Source: Candidatus Eiseniibacteriota bacterium
Lineage (GTDB): Bacteria; Eisenbacteria; RBG-16-71-46
Direction of reading: 5' to 3'
DNA length: 64,000 bases
Assembly: GCA_963707915.1 (NCBI GenBank)
Contig: OY970178.1
Location: 1,312,001-1,376,000, forward strand
Below the pieces are notes generated by a model, which saw only the letters and a list, made by a program, of their open reading frames with translations, was not told where the DNA came from and did no database searches. Each line of letters opens with the position of its first letter. Positions within the stretch are counted from its first letter, which is position 1. A program made the translations under genes and the position numbers. This document shows, in pieces, positions 1 to 9,986 of the stretch.

Positions 1-343
1 CCTGGGGGATGGCCATGTAGTGGAGCGGGCGCGCCGCCGCTCCCAGCTCCCGGCGCAGCGCGTCGAAGGTCGCCGGCGCGGAGTAGTCACCCTCGACGTA
101 GCGGAGCAACCCCATCAGCCTGGGAAAGGCCACGGGGTCCGCTCCGCCCCCGTGCATCTCCACGCTTTCCCTCGCCCGGGCCCTCAGTCGCTCGAGGGTC
201 CAGCCCTGCCGCGCCACTCCGATCACCGGCACGTCGAGCACCCCGGCCCGAACCATCCGCTGCAGGGCCGGGAAGATCTTCTTGAAGGCGAGGTCACCGG
301 TCGCACCGTAGAACACCAGCGCGTCCGAACGCGGACCGCTCAC
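1..343 (-). CDS. zwf: Glucose-6-phosphate 1-dehydrogenase, N-terminal part (continues past the window edge)
   Basis: My translation from GTG at 343 reads [31 protein letters not shown], with the G6PDH GATGDLA motif. It overlaps the gnd stop as GTGA. Not in the ORF track because it is open-ended. Confidence 0.93.
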   Translation of the reverse strand, partial: MSGPRSDALVFYGATGDLAFKKIFPALQRMVRAGVLDVPVIGVARQGWTLERLRARARESVEMHGGGADPVAFPRLMGLLRYVEGDYSAPATFDALRRELGAAARPLHYMAIPQ

Positions 344-1350
344 GGCCGCTCCCGGTGCCCGCCGAACGCGGACCGCATCGCCGAGAGGACCTTGTCCGCG
401 TAGTCCGCCTCCGCGCGGGAGGAGAAGCGCTCGTAGAGCGCCGTCGTGAGGACCGGCGCCGGCACGGCCTCGTCGACGGCGGCCTTCACGGTCCAGCGCC
501 CCTCGCCCGAGTCGGAGACCCGCCCCGAGAAGCTCGCAAGTTGCGCGTCCTCCGCGAGCGCGGCGGCCGTCAGGTCGAGCAGCCAGGAAGCGACGACGCT
601 GCCGCGCCGCCAGACTTCCGCGATCTCGCCGATGTCGAAGTCGAACTGGTAGTGCTCCGGGTCGCGGAGCGGAGCGGTCTCGGCATCCTGCTCGTGCTGC
701 CGCCTGCCGACATCGGCATGGTGCAGGATGTTGAGACCTTCGGCGTACGCCGCCATGAGCCCGTACTCGATGCCGTTGTGGACCATCTTCACGAAGTGCC
801 CGGCGCCGCTCGGGCCGCACTGCAGGTACCCGTGCTCGGCGGTGCGGATCGTCCCGCCGCGCCCCGCCGTGCGGGGGGCCGAGTCGAACCCGGGCGCGAG
901 TGACGCGAAGATGGGATCGAGGAGCTTCACGGTCGCGCTCTCGCCGCCGATCATCAGGCAGTACCCGCGCTCCAGGCCCCAGACCCCGCCGCTCGTCCCC
1001 ACGTCGACGTAGTGGATGCCCCGAGCTTCGAGCTCCTTCGCGCGCCGGATATCGTCGACGTAGTAGGAGTTCCCGCCGTCCACGACGATGTCCCCGGGAG
1101 CCAATCGGCCCGCCAGGTCTCCGATCGTCCGGTCCACCACCGCCGCCGGCACCATCAACCACACGATCCGGGGCGCGGCGAGCTGCTTCACGAGGTCATC
1201 GAGCGAGTCGGCACCGGTCGCGCCTTCGCCGGTCAGGGCCCGGACCGCCTCGGGCGACCGGTCGAACACGGCGCACTGGTGCCCGGCGCGCATCAGGCGC
1301 CGAACCATGTTGGCCCCCATCCGACCGAGGCCGATCATCCCGAGCTGCAT
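340..1350 (-). CDS. gnd: 6-phosphogluconate dehydrogenase, decarboxylating (short GntZ/YqeC type)
   Basis: [12 protein letters not shown]ossmann start, [37 protein letters not shown] end. GGAAGGAG RBS precedes ATG 1350. The ORF-track extension to 2667 is an antisense shadow of the NHL gene. Confidence 0.95.
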   Translation of the reverse strand: MQLGMIGLGRMGANMVRRLMRAGHQCAVFDRSPEAVRALTGEGATGADSLDDLVKQLAAPRIVWLMVPAAVVDRTIGDLAGRLAPGDIVVDGGNSYYVDDIRRAKELEARGIHYVDVGTSGGVWGLERGYCLMIGGESATVKLLDPIFASLAPGFDSAPRTAGRGGTIRTAEHGYLQCGPSGAGHFVKMVHNGIEYGLMAAYAEGLNILHHADVGRRQHEQDAETAPLRDPEHYQFDFDIGEIAEVWRRGSVVASWLLDLTAAALAEDAQLASFSGRVSDSGEGRWTVKAAVDEAVPAPVLTTALYERFSSRAEADYADKVLSAMRSAFGGHRERP

Positions 1351-1552
1351 GTGCGCTCCTTCCCTGTTTGGCCCTGAAGAGAGCCTCACGCCGCGAGGAT
1401 CACGGGAGTCCCGCCTTCGCCGGCCCGCGCCACGGGCGCGGCCGCTCGCGGAGGAACGTACCGATGCGCCCCCCGGGTGTCCAGACTCCCCCCGGCGCCG
1501 ACTTCCGTCGGCGCAGGCGCGCGGCCACGCCGTCGACGACCGTGGCGCCAGG

Positions 1553-1561
1553 TGGTAGCAT
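1553..1561 (+). promoter_or_regulatory. Possible extended -10 element (TG-G-TAGCAT) for the NHL gene
   Basis: TGGTAGCAT lies ~80 nt upstream of ATG 1642 in a GC-rich divergent intergenic region. Confidence 0.3.
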
Positions 1562-1641
1562 CCCCGCGCGGGATCGCGGGGCGGATCCTGCGCTCGACCC
1601 ACCCGGCCCCTGCGGGCCGGGACCATCCGTCGGAGGCCGTC

Positions 1642-2634
1642 ATGCACCTGGGTAGAGCGTTCTCCCTCGCCTGCGCGGGACTGCTGTGTCTCGCGGCAGC
1701 CGGAGGGTGTGCCAAGAAGCACCCGGCGCCGACGGGGCCCCAACCCGAGCCCGAGCCCCAGCCACAGCCCCCGACCGTGACGTACGACTTCGTCCAGTCC
1801 TGGGGCGACAGCGGCGCCGGGCCCGGGCAGTTCCGCTGGCCGCAGAGCGTAGCGGTGGACGAGAGCAACTACGTCTACGTGGCGGACAACGACCACCGCG
1901 TCCAGAAGTTCACCCGCGACGGGACCTACCTCACCCAGTGGGGCACGTTCGGCACCGGGGACGGGCAGTTCTACCTGCCCACCGGCGTGGCGGTGGACGG
2001 GAATCGCGACGTCTACGTGGCGGAGTTCTTCAACCACCGCGTCCAGAAGCTCACCGCCGAGGGCGTCTACCTCGCGCAGTGGGGCACGCTCGGCAGCGGG
2101 AACGGGCAGTTCAACAACCCTCGCGACGTGGCGGTGGACGGCGGCGGCGACGTCTACGTCGCGGACATGACGAACTACCGTGTCCAGAAGTTCACCGGGG
2201 GCGGCGCCTACCTCGCCCAGTGGGGCACGCGCGGCAGCGGGAACGGGCAGTTCGAGAGTCCGGCCGGCGTGGCGGTGGACCGCAGCGGCAACGTCTACGT
2301 GGTGGATACCTCGCCGAACCACCGCGTCCAGAAGTTCACCAGTGGCGGCGCCTACCTGACGCAATGGGGCACGCTCGGCGCCGGGGACGGGCAGCTCCAC
2401 ACCCCGTACGGCGTGGCCGTGGACACCAGCGGCAACGTCTACGTGGCGGACAGCGGGAACAACCGCGTCGAGGTGTTCACGAGCAGCGGCGCCTACCTGG
2501 GACAGTGTGGCAGCTTCGGCAGCGGGAACGGGCAGTTCGACAACCCGCTGGACGTGGCGGTGGACCGAGACAGCAACGTCTACGTGGCGGACACCAACAA
2601 CCACCGCATTCAGAAGTTCGCCCGAAGGCCCTAG
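1642..2634 (+). CDS. NHL-repeat six-bladed beta-propeller lipoprotein
   Basis: GGAGG RBS; lipobox-like LAAAGGC; Pro/Gln linker; six ~47-aa repeats GQFxxPxGVAVDxxGNVYVADxxNHRVQKF. Confidence 0.9.
   Translation: MHLGRAFSLACAGLLCLAAAGGCAKKHPAPTGPQPEPEPQPQPPTVTYDFVQSWGDSGAGPGQFRWPQSVAVDESNYVYVADNDHRVQKFTRDGTYLTQWGTFGTGDGQFYLPTGVAVDGNRDVYVAEFFNHRVQKLTAEGVYLAQWGTLGSGNGQFNNPRDVAVDGGGDVYVADMTNYRVQKFTGGGAYLAQWGTRGSGNGQFESPAGVAVDRSGNVYVVDTSPNHRVQKFTSGGAYLTQWGTLGAGDGQLHTPYGVAVDTSGNVYVADSGNNRVEVFTSSGAYLGQCGSFGSGNGQFDNPLDVAVDRDSNVYVADTNNHRIQKFARRP
1790..2625 (+). repeat. Six coding NHL repeats (~141-bp unit)
   Basis: GGGCAGTTC, GTGGCGGTGGAC, GTCTACGTG and CCAGAAGTTC recur in frame. Confidence 0.85.
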
Positions 2635-2667
2635 CCGACCGGCGCCTCCGGCCCGGGCCCGCACCAC

Positions 2668-3258
2668 TCAGCGGGCGGTCGCCACCCCGCTCAGCTTCAC
2701 GGTCTGCACGTCGGCCAGCTTCAGGAAGAGGAACTTCGGCCGGCTGATGCCGTAGTCCGACAGCGCGACCGGGAACGCCGTCGCGAAGCGCAACCGGCGC
2801 CGGCCGGCCTGTTCCTCGAGGGTGACCTCGACGTTCGTGCGCAATCTGCGGCTCACCCCGTGCAACGCGAACGTGCCCTCGATCGCGAAGGTCACCGGGA
2901 CGCCTGGATCGAGCTTCGCCCCGGCGGGGCTGGCCACCGCGGCACCGGTGAAGACCGCGCTCGGATACCGGTCCGTCTCGAGATGGTTCTCGCGCATGTG
3001 GCGGTTGCGCATGGCGATGCCCGTGTCGAGGCTGGCGAGGTCGACTGCGATCCTCACGGTGATGCTGTCCCCGACCGCGGCGGGATCCCCGGCGATGCGG
3101 CCTTCCACCTGTGACGTCCTGCCCTCGAACGACTCCACGGTGGCCTTCGAGACGAATACGACCTGGTTCCCGCCGCCGGGGCCGACGACGAACTCCTCGG
3201 CGTTCGCGGCGGTGGCCAGCACGAACAACACCGGCAAGCACATCGTCCATCGGCGCAT
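2668..3258 (-). CDS. Secreted YceI-family (polyisoprenoid/quinone-binding) protein
   Basis: Signal peptide; VDLASLDTGIAMRNRHMRENHLETDRYP, GTFALHGVSR and LSDYGI motifs. Confidence 0.88.
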   Translation of the reverse strand: MRRWTMCLPVLFVLATAANAEEFVVGPGGGNQVVFVSKATVESFEGRTSQVEGRIAGDPAAVGDSITVRIAVDLASLDTGIAMRNRHMRENHLETDRYPSAVFTGAAVASPAGAKLDPGVPVTFAIEGTFALHGVSRRLRTNVEVTLEEQAGRRRLRFATAFPVALSDYGISRPKFLFLKLADVQTVKLSGVATAR

Positions 3259-3284
3259 CGTTCGGTCCTTGCAGTCGGCCAGGT

Positions 3285-4397
3285 TCAGTAAGCGACGTGC
3301 AACTGGAGCACCGTCTCGTCGAAATCGTCACCGCTCAGCGCGGGTCCTGATTCGAAATGGGTCCGCCGGTAGGTGGTGCCGAGCGCCAGGTAGGGCCGCG
3401 GCATGCAGTGCAGGCCGATCCCCCAGCGCGACTTCGACCCCGACGCGTAGTACCGGTCGGGGTCGAAGAAGTCGTACGTGGCGATCAACTCCAGGCCCCG
3501 GTGGGCGACGAAGCTCAGCTCGTGCGAGGTCACCAGCGCGGTGACGCGACTGGTGTCGGCGGGCTCGCGCCGCGCCAGGTCCAACTCGCCCAGCCAGGTC
3601 AGGCCCCGCCAGGTCAGGTAGCCGTAGGTCCCGCCGACGGCGAGATCCGAACGCCTCCCGGGCTGGAGGTAGCCCGCGACCCCCAGGCCAGCGCCCAACG
3701 CCCCGGCGCTCCAGCGGGCGATGGCGTTGGCCGACTGCGCCAGCCGGTTGTCGGTGTCGAGGGTCGAACCCCGGCTGCCGTTCACCAGCCCCAGCTGGAC
3801 ATCGAACCGCCCGGGCTGCAGGCCGACCTCGAGCCCGACATCGCTGTTGGCGGGCGGCGCGAGCCCGAGCGCGTCGCGCACGTACATCGTGTGGTCATCG
3901 AACTTCCAGCCGTACGACGGGACGAACCGGCCCGCCTTCACGTAGCCGGTCAACGGCAGCACGTATGCGGTCGCGAACAGCTCGCGGCTGTCGGTCATGC
4001 CGCGGCCGTAGTAGAGCGTGGCCCGCGGCTCGAGTTGGAACGCGAGATACAGGTCGCCCTGCATCTGGAAGAAATCCAGGTTGCGTGACGCGTCCGAGGA
4101 TCCGATGTACAGCTCGCGGAAGTCGGCTCCGACGGCCAGGCTTCGCGTGATCTGCGGATCCGGAACCAGCGCGCTCTCCGCCGTGGCGCGCGCCCAGGCG
4201 ATCTCGTCGGGCACCAGTTGCTGGCTCGCGTAGGCGGTCCGCATGCCGCCGCCCGATGGGTTCACGTGGCACAGTCCGCAGCGTTGGCCGTAGCGCGCGG
4301 AGTAGCGCGGCACGGCATCGGCGCGGAAGGCGGATGCGGCGGCCAGCAGCAGGGCCACCGCGAAGATCGCGGCGATCGTTCGAATGGCGTTCGACAT
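3285..4397 (-). CDS. Outer-membrane beta-barrel with N-terminal monoheme CxxCH (Cyc2-like cytochrome-porin fusion)
   Basis: Signal peptide, then VPRYSARYGQRCGLCHVNPSGGG; amphipathic strands (YVKAGRFVPSYG, DVGLEVGL); C-terminal aromatic beta-signal LQLHVAY. Confidence 0.75.
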   Translation of the reverse strand: MSNAIRTIAAIFAVALLLAAASAFRADAVPRYSARYGQRCGLCHVNPSGGGMRTAYASQQLVPDEIAWARATAESALVPDPQITRSLAVGADFRELYIGSSDASRNLDFFQMQGDLYLAFQLEPRATLYYGRGMTDSRELFATAYVLPLTGYVKAGRFVPSYGWKFDDHTMYVRDALGLAPPANSDVGLEVGLQPGRFDVQLGLVNGSRGSTLDTDNRLAQSANAIARWSAGALGAGLGVAGYLQPGRRSDLAVGGTYGYLTWRGLTWLGELDLARREPADTSRVTALVTSHELSFVAHRGLELIATYDFFDPDRYYASGSKSRWGIGLHCMPRPYLALGTTYRRTHFESGPALSGDDFDETVLQLHVAY

Positions 4398-4432
4398 GAT
4401 CTCGCACCCCACGCGGACGCCCCGGCGCCCGC

Positions 4433-4882
4433 TCAGTTGTCCCGCGCGCCCTCGAGGATCCACGCGCGGATCCGCTCGCGTTCGACCTGCGGCAGGCTGC
4501 CGCCGAAGGGCATCTGGGCACCGTACGAGCCGGTCCCGAAGACCTTGTGGAAGAGCACCGAGGCACTCGTGTCGGCCGGCGCGACGCGAAGCGCCGGCGC
4601 GTAGCCGGAGCTCACGACATTGACCAGGTTCGCGCGGCTCGCCCCCGCGCTGAGATCCAGGTTCGCGGTCGGAGCGACCGACCCGTGGCAGCCGATGCAA
4701 TTGCTGGTGAGGATCGGCTGGATGTCGGCGGCGAAGGAGACCGTGACCGCCGGTGGCGCCGGTGGGCGGGCGGGGCGCAACGGCTCACCCAGGTCCGAAC
4801 ACCCGGGCAGCAGTACCACGCCCAGGAGCGCCGATCCGCACGCCACCGTTGCAGCCCGCCGACCGCGAGAAGGACCACGCAT
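4433..4882 (-). CDS. Monoheme cytochrome c lipoprotein (planctomycete cytochrome c-like)
   Basis: Lipobox LLPGC; VSFAADIQPILTSNCIGCHG; distal MP; ends IRAWILEGARDN. Confidence 0.85.
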   Translation of the reverse strand: MRGPSRGRRAATVACGSALLGVVLLPGCSDLGEPLRPARPPAPPAVTVSFAADIQPILTSNCIGCHGSVAPTANLDLSAGASRANLVNVVSSGYAPALRVAPADTSASVLFHKVFGTGSYGAQMPFGGSLPQVERERIRAWILEGARDN

Positions 4883-5030
4883 CCCGAAACCTATACTGCC
4901 GCCGGGCCCGCCAAGGCAAGAGCAGAAGCGGGTCTTCAGGCCTGCGCCGTGGACGTCCCACCCGATCCCTGCCATCGCACTGCCGGGCCGCTCCATGCGT
5001 GCATCGGGCATGCCGAGTACCGGGACCCGA

Positions 5031-5990
5031 TCAATGGATCAGGACGAATCGCTGCGTCCTTCGCGAGCCTCCGGCGTCCATCGCGAGGAAGTACATTCCG
5101 CTCGAGAGCCGGGGACCCGCCTGGCCCGCCGCGTCCCAGGACAGATGGTGCTGGCCACCCGACAGCGTCTCGTCAAGGATCGTGCTGACCACACGACCGA
5201 AGACATCGATGACGCGTAGCTGCACCCGGGTTTCCCGTGGCAGCCTCACGTCGAAGGCCAGCGAGTTCCTGGCCGGGTTCGGGGCGGGCGGCCCCAGCGC
5301 CAGCAGGTTCTCGGGCGCGCCCCCATCGACCGCGGCAAGGCTGTTGATCGTTCCGCTGGCGCGCGTATTGTTCGTGAACGTCGCCGCGCCGGCCGTGAGC
5401 GCGTAGTCGTTGGCGTTGTTCGTGCTCGCAGCATTGGCAGCGAACTTGAAGAGGAGCGCCTGCGCCGTGCTCGACGGCAGGGGTCCCGCGAACGGCGGGG
5501 AGAAGTTGCCGTCGGCGTCGTTGGTGATCGCCCCCGTGCCCGGGCCCGTGTAGCCGGCGCCCCCCCAGCTCAGCCGCCAGAGGACGGTCCCGGTGTTCTG
5601 CTCGTAGGTGAGCGAGCCGGCTGCGAGGTACGAGGCGGGGATCGGGTTGGTGAGGATGAAGTCCGGGGTCAGGGACGGGACCGTGGCGCTCGCGAAGGCC
5701 GACGTCGCGACCAGGACCCGGTCACCGGCTGACCCGTTCGTGACGTTCGCGGGGAACGCGATCAGGACTACCGGGTTGGCGCCGCTCGCATCCCGCACCA
5801 CGAGGCGCGCGTTCGACACGAGGTTCTCGCCCAGGTTCCGCATCCGCAACTGGATGGCCTGGATGCCGGTCGAGCCATTGACGCCGGCGATCACCTGCTC
5901 GACCTGCATCAGGTGAAACGTGGCGGACGCGGGCTGGGCGGCGAACAGCCCGACGGCGACCGCGGCCATGACGGCGTGGTGGATCCTCAC
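5031..5990 (-). CDS. Secreted protein with C-terminal FlgD-Ig/CTD-like domain
   Basis: GGAGG RBS and GTG 5990; signal peptide ending ASA; tail PAPNP...VIDVFGRVV...LSWD...SGMYFL. Confidence 0.85.
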   Translation of the reverse strand: MRIHHAVMAAVAVGLFAAQPASATFHLMQVEQVIAGVNGSTGIQAIQLRMRNLGENLVSNARLVVRDASGANPVVLIAFPANVTNGSAGDRVLVATSAFASATVPSLTPDFILTNPIPASYLAAGSLTYEQNTGTVLWRLSWGGAGYTGPGTGAITNDADGNFSPPFAGPLPSSTAQALLFKFAANAASTNNANDYALTAGAATFTNNTRASGTINSLAAVDGGAPENLLALGPPAPNPARNSLAFDVRLPRETRVQLRVIDVFGRVVSTILDETLSGGQHHLSWDAAGQAGPRLSSGMYFLAMDAGGSRRTQRFVLIH

Positions 5991-6162
5991 GGCGGATTCC
6001 CTCCTGGTGGCTCGTCTTGCCGCTGACCGAGGTGCTTCCCCGGACTGAATGGGCGGCGCGGGTGCCGGAAGAACCGCCCACGCGCCGCGGCGTGGCCTGC
6101 CTGCCGCGCGGAGGCCGGCCGGCGTTGCGATCGGCCCGTCGCCACCGCCGTTCACACCCCGC

Positions 6163-6573
6163 CTAGTTGCTGGTCACCGTGTGCGTGCCCCCCGTGACCG
6201 ACCAGTGCACGGTGCCCCCCGGCATGATCGTGACCGAGGCGGGGCTGAAGCTCGTCCCGCTCGCGGTGACGGTCGCCGAGCTGGGGCCACCGGCGGACAC
6301 GACCACCGTACCGACCATGCCCATGGCCTGGTGGAAGGTGCAGTGGTAGCCCACGCTCCCCGCCACCGGGAACGTGTGATCGAACGACGCGGGCGCCGTG
6401 AGGCTGCCCGAGTCGAACGGCGTATTGCTCGCCCCGCCCCCACCACCCGTCATGTTCATGGAGCCTGCGGGGCTGGTGGGACTGGAGCTCTTGCTGCCGC
6501 ATCCGGCCGCCAGCAGGGACATGGCCGCAAGGCCTGCCACTGCGATGACGAGCGGAAGCTTGAGACTCTTCAT
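6163..6573 (-). CDS. Cupredoxin (plastocyanin/amicyanin-like) lipoprotein, circularly permuted
   Basis: Lipobox LLAAGC; type-1 Cu motif YHCTFHQAMGM comes before FSPASVTIMPGGTVHW...HTVTS. Confidence 0.85.
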   Translation of the reverse strand: MKSLKLPLVIAVAGLAAMSLLAAGCGSKSSSPTSPAGSMNMTGGGGGASNTPFDSGSLTAPASFDHTFPVAGSVGYHCTFHQAMGMVGTVVVSAGGPSSATVTASGTSFSPASVTIMPGGTVHWSVTGGTHTVTSN

Positions 6574-6856
6574 ACATCCTCCCGACTGGATCGGCCTGGT
6601 GTCCGCTGTGCTTCCGGGCACTCATTCTGATTCGTCCAGCTCGAGCCCGGTGCGCTTCACGCGCAAGCGACCTGTGCCGGAGCAGAGTCCAGCCCTCCGA
6701 TAAGTCCGGCTCCGGTCGTCGTGCGAGTCCGGCGGTTGGTGTCCCCGGAGGCCGGCATCGGCAAGCCCGGGCGCCGTCGGGGCGGGCGTCCTCGAACGGA
6801 GAAGCGGGAAGCGGCGACGGGCGCGCTCCCGCCCGGGTAAGCCCGCCGGCCGGGAG

Positions 6857-7960
6857 CTACGACAGCGCCGCCTTCATGAGGCGATCCACCACGCGGGGGA
6901 CGAGGCACAGCGAGCGCGTGAGACCCCGGCGCAGCCGTGGATGGCGCGACAGCGCGAGCATCGTGCGCGCGATGGACGCGTGCCGGCGGAAGGCGCTCTC
7001 GAACTCCCGCGCGAAGGGTTCGAGCGAGCCCTTGGTCGCCCCTTGCGCCAGGGCGCCCGGCAGGAGCCTGCCGAGCGCGGCGGCACAGGAGAAGGCGAGC
7101 GTGACCCCTTCCGCCGTGATGGCGTCTTCGAATCCGGCGGCGTCACCCACCAGCACGAGCCGGTCGGCGACGGGCGTACGGCAACGTTGCGCGAAGGGCC
7201 CGGCCCCCTTCGCGTCCGAATCGGGCTCGCTGTCGCCGACGCGCTCGGCCACGCGCGGGAAGAGCGCGAGGAAGGCATCGAAGTCCGGCTCGACCCCGAC
7301 CGCCCCCGGTTCCCACAGGAAGGCGATTCCGATGCGCCGGTCCCCCGCCGGCGTCACGAAGGCCTCGATGCCCGGCCGCAGGTGCACTTCCACGGCGCGC
7401 CCCCACGGTGCGATCCGGAAGTGCCGCCGCAGACCGAAGCGACGCGGTGAGGCGAGGGGACGATCGAGCCCTGCCGCACGGCGGATCGGCGAGTGGAGTC
7501 CATCCGCGGCCACGAGTAGCGCCGCGCGAACCTCCTCCCCGTCGGTCTGCAGCGCGACTCCCTCCGCCGTCCGCGCGTGGCGGCGCACCGGGCATCCGAA
7601 GCTCAACTCCGCCCCGCATTCCGCCGCCCGCCGGGCCAGGGCGGCGGTCAGCGCCGTCCGGCGCACGCCCAGCGCGCCCGGCGCCGGGAGGCGGCCTTCC
7701 ACCGGGCGCCCGTCCGCTTCGATCCAGCGGATGGTCTCGATGGGCGTGCAGTCGGCGGGGCCAAGCAGGGGCCGCACCCCCGCAGCCTCGAGCCAGGTCA
7801 CGCCCCGGGGCATCAAGCCCTCGCCGCACGCCTTGTCGGGGGGCCCGGACGAGCGCTCGAGGACGACCGTGGCAAGGCCGCGGCGCGCGGACTCGATGGC
7901 GACGGCGAGGCCCGCGGGCCCGGCGCCCACGATCGCCACGTCGTACCCGGCGCCGCTCAC
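6857..7960 (-). CDS. FAD-dependent oxidoreductase/monooxygenase (SrsC/FtpE-like)
   Basis: DVAIVGAGPAGL, DKACGEGLMP, AADGLHS, LVGDAAGFEDAITAEG; GTGA overlap with the FAAL stop. Confidence 0.88.
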   Translation of the reverse strand: MSGAGYDVAIVGAGPAGLAVAIESARRGLATVVLERSSGPPDKACGEGLMPRGVTWLEAAGVRPLLGPADCTPIETIRWIEADGRPVEGRLPAPGALGVRRTALTAALARRAAECGAELSFGCPVRRHARTAEGVALQTDGEEVRAALLVAADGLHSPIRRAAGLDRPLASPRRFGLRRHFRIAPWGRAVEVHLRPGIEAFVTPAGDRRIGIAFLWEPGAVGVEPDFDAFLALFPRVAERVGDSEPDSDAKGAGPFAQRCRTPVADRLVLVGDAAGFEDAITAEGVTLAFSCAAALGRLLPGALAQGATKGSLEPFAREFESAFRRHASIARTMLALSRHPRLRRGLTRSLCLVPRVVDRLMKAALS

Positions 7961-9735
7961 CCGGGCTCGGACCGCGGCCCCGACCGGGCGCGAGCGAAGC
8001 CCAGCGCGGAGCGCACGAGCGCGCCGGCCACGCGCAGCGGGCCGGCCTCCGCGGCGGGCACGAGCGCCCCGGAGAGGTGGAGTTCGAGCGCGTGCGCCCG
8101 GCGCAGCTTGCCGCTCGAGGTGCGCGGTAGCGTCCCGGGCGCGAGCAGCGCGACCGTGTGCGGCGCGACGCCGGTGGCCCCGAGCACCGCGTCCCTGGCC
8201 CGCGCCACCACCAACCCGTCGGCCGCGGTCGGGCGATCCGGGTCCCGCTCGGCGAGGATGAGGAGGACCTCGGCATCCTCGCCGCGCGGCGTGAAGCCGA
8301 CTGCGATCGCGCAGCCAGGCCTGATCCCCGCGACCCCGGCCAGGCAGTCCTCGAACTCCTGCGGATCGTGGTTGGCCCCGCGGATGATGACCAGGTCCTT
8401 CGCGCGGCCGGAGATGTAGAGCTCCCCGTCGGCGATGAATCCGAGATCGCCGGTGTCGAGCCAGCCGTCGCTCAGCGCCGCGGCCGTGGCCTCGGGACGG
8501 CCGACGTAGCCGGACATGAGCGATGGGCTCTTCAGGTACACGCGCCCGACGCGGCGCTCGGGACGGATCCCGGTGTCGGGACCGCGCACTTCGATCTCGA
8601 CCCCGGGGACCGGCACCCCGACGGAGACGATCGCCCGGCCGCCTTCGACCACCTCCCCGGTTCGAGCCAGACGGGCGCCGTCGACCTGCATCGCCCGCAC
8701 CGGACGGCCGACCGGACAGAAGGTCACGGCGAGCGCGGCCTCCGACAGGCCGTAGACCGGGCAGACGACCTCCGGGTCGAGACCGTGCGCCGCGAAGCGC
8801 CGGGCGAAGCGCTGGACCGTGTCGTGGGAGATCGGCTCGGCTCCACAGGTGAGGAGCCGCAGGCTGGAGAGATCCACGCCGTCGAGTTCCGCCTCCGGGA
8901 TGCGACGCGTGCACATCCCGAGGGCGAAGGGCGGAGACGGCGTGAGGGTGGCGCGGTGACGGGCGATCGCGCGCAGCCACAGCGCGGGGCGCGCGAGGAA
9001 GTGCTCCGGCGGGATGAGGACCAGCGGCCCGGGGACGTAGGCGGCTAGCAGCGGCCCGGCGATGAGCCCCATGTCATGGTAGAGCGGCAGCCACGATACC
9101 CCGCGGGCCTCGTCCTTCCCGCCCTGCGGCAGCATCGCGTCGAGCATCGCGCACTGGCTCACGACCGCGCGGTGCGTGAGCCCCACCGGCTTCGGCTCGA
9201 CGGTGGCGCCCGAGGAGAACTGGATGAGCGCGAGGTCGTCGGGCATGGGCGCGGGCGCCGCCGGCCGCCCTGCCCCGCGCGGCAGCCCCTCGACGGTGCG
9301 GCACCCGAGCCGCGGCCGCGCCCGCTCGATGGTCTCGCCGAGCACGGTGCGGACCCGCGCATCGGTCAGCACGAGCGCCGCCTGCACCGCGCCGATCAGC
9401 CGTGCCGTGGCCGTGCCGTACTCGGCGAGCCGTCCGAGGCGTGCCGGCGGGTACAAGGGCACGGGAACGGCGCCGGCCAGCAGCACGCCGAAGAACGCGC
9501 TCACGAACCCCGGCGAGGTCGGCAGGACGAGCGCGACCCGCTCCTCGCGCTCCAGGCCCAGGGAGCGAAGTCCGGCCGCCACGCGCCCGGCCTGCTCGCG
9601 GATCTCGCCCCAGCCGAGCGTCACCTCGCGCTCGCGCAGGTCCACGAAGGTGAGTCCCGAGGGATGCCGGGCGGCCGCCTCCAGCACCTGGTCGAGCGTG
9701 CCGAAGCGCGGCGGCGGGAGCGGCGGGCCCTTCAC
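7957..9735 (-). CDS. Fatty acyl-AMP ligase (FAAL)
   Basis: IQFSSGATVEPK, SWLPLYHDMGLI, YGLSEAALAV, TGDLGF, GRAKDLVIIRG, PRTSSGK; FAAL-type insertion after YGLSE. Confidence 0.92.
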   Translation of the reverse strand: MKGPPLPPPRFGTLDQVLEAAARHPSGLTFVDLREREVTLGWGEIREQAGRVAAGLRSLGLEREERVALVLPTSPGFVSAFFGVLLAGAVPVPLYPPARLGRLAEYGTATARLIGAVQAALVLTDARVRTVLGETIERARPRLGCRTVEGLPRGAGRPAAPAPMPDDLALIQFSSGATVEPKPVGLTHRAVVSQCAMLDAMLPQGGKDEARGVSWLPLYHDMGLIAGPLLAAYVPGPLVLIPPEHFLARPALWLRAIARHRATLTPSPPFALGMCTRRIPEAELDGVDLSSLRLLTCGAEPISHDTVQRFARRFAAHGLDPEVVCPVYGLSEAALAVTFCPVGRPVRAMQVDGARLARTGEVVEGGRAIVSVGVPVPGVEIEVRGPDTGIRPERRVGRVYLKSPSLMSGYVGRPEATAAALSDGWLDTGDLGFIADGELYISGRAKDLVIIRGANHDPQEFEDCLAGVAGIRPGCAIAVGFTPRGEDAEVLLILAERDPDRPTAADGLVVARARDAVLGATGVAPHTVALLAPGTLPRTSSGKLRRAHALELHLSGALVPAAEAGPLRVAGALVRSALGFARARSGPRSEPG

Positions 9736-9986
9736 GAGGCGCCCTCCTCCACTCGCCGGGCCACCAGCCGGACCAGGTCGCCGACCGTCTCGACGCGCGC
9801 GGCATCCGAGTCGGAGAGCAGGACGTGGAAGCGGTCCTCGAGGGCCACCGCGAGCGTGAGCGCACCGACCGAATCGAGCCGGAGGTCCCGAACCAGGTGA
9901 TGCCCGACCTCGACCGGGAGCGCGATCCGGAGATCGGCGGCGACGCGGCGGACCTCGGCCAGGATCTCGGCCTCGAGTTCAGGCAC
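9732..9986 (-). CDS. Acyl carrier protein
   Basis: LVRDLRLDSV (Ppant Ser), LEDRFHV, VETVGDLV; 84 aa, coupled to both neighbours. Confidence 0.88.
   Translation of the reverse strand: MPELEAEILAEVRRVAADLRIALPVEVGHHLVRDLRLDSVGALTLAVALEDRFHVLLSDSDAARVETVGDLVRLVARRVEEGAS

Noticed and set aside
1351..2667. Apparent N-terminal fusion on gnd (775-aa ORF)
   Set aside because: The extension is the antisense of the NHL gene, and gnd has its own RBS and ATG at 1350.
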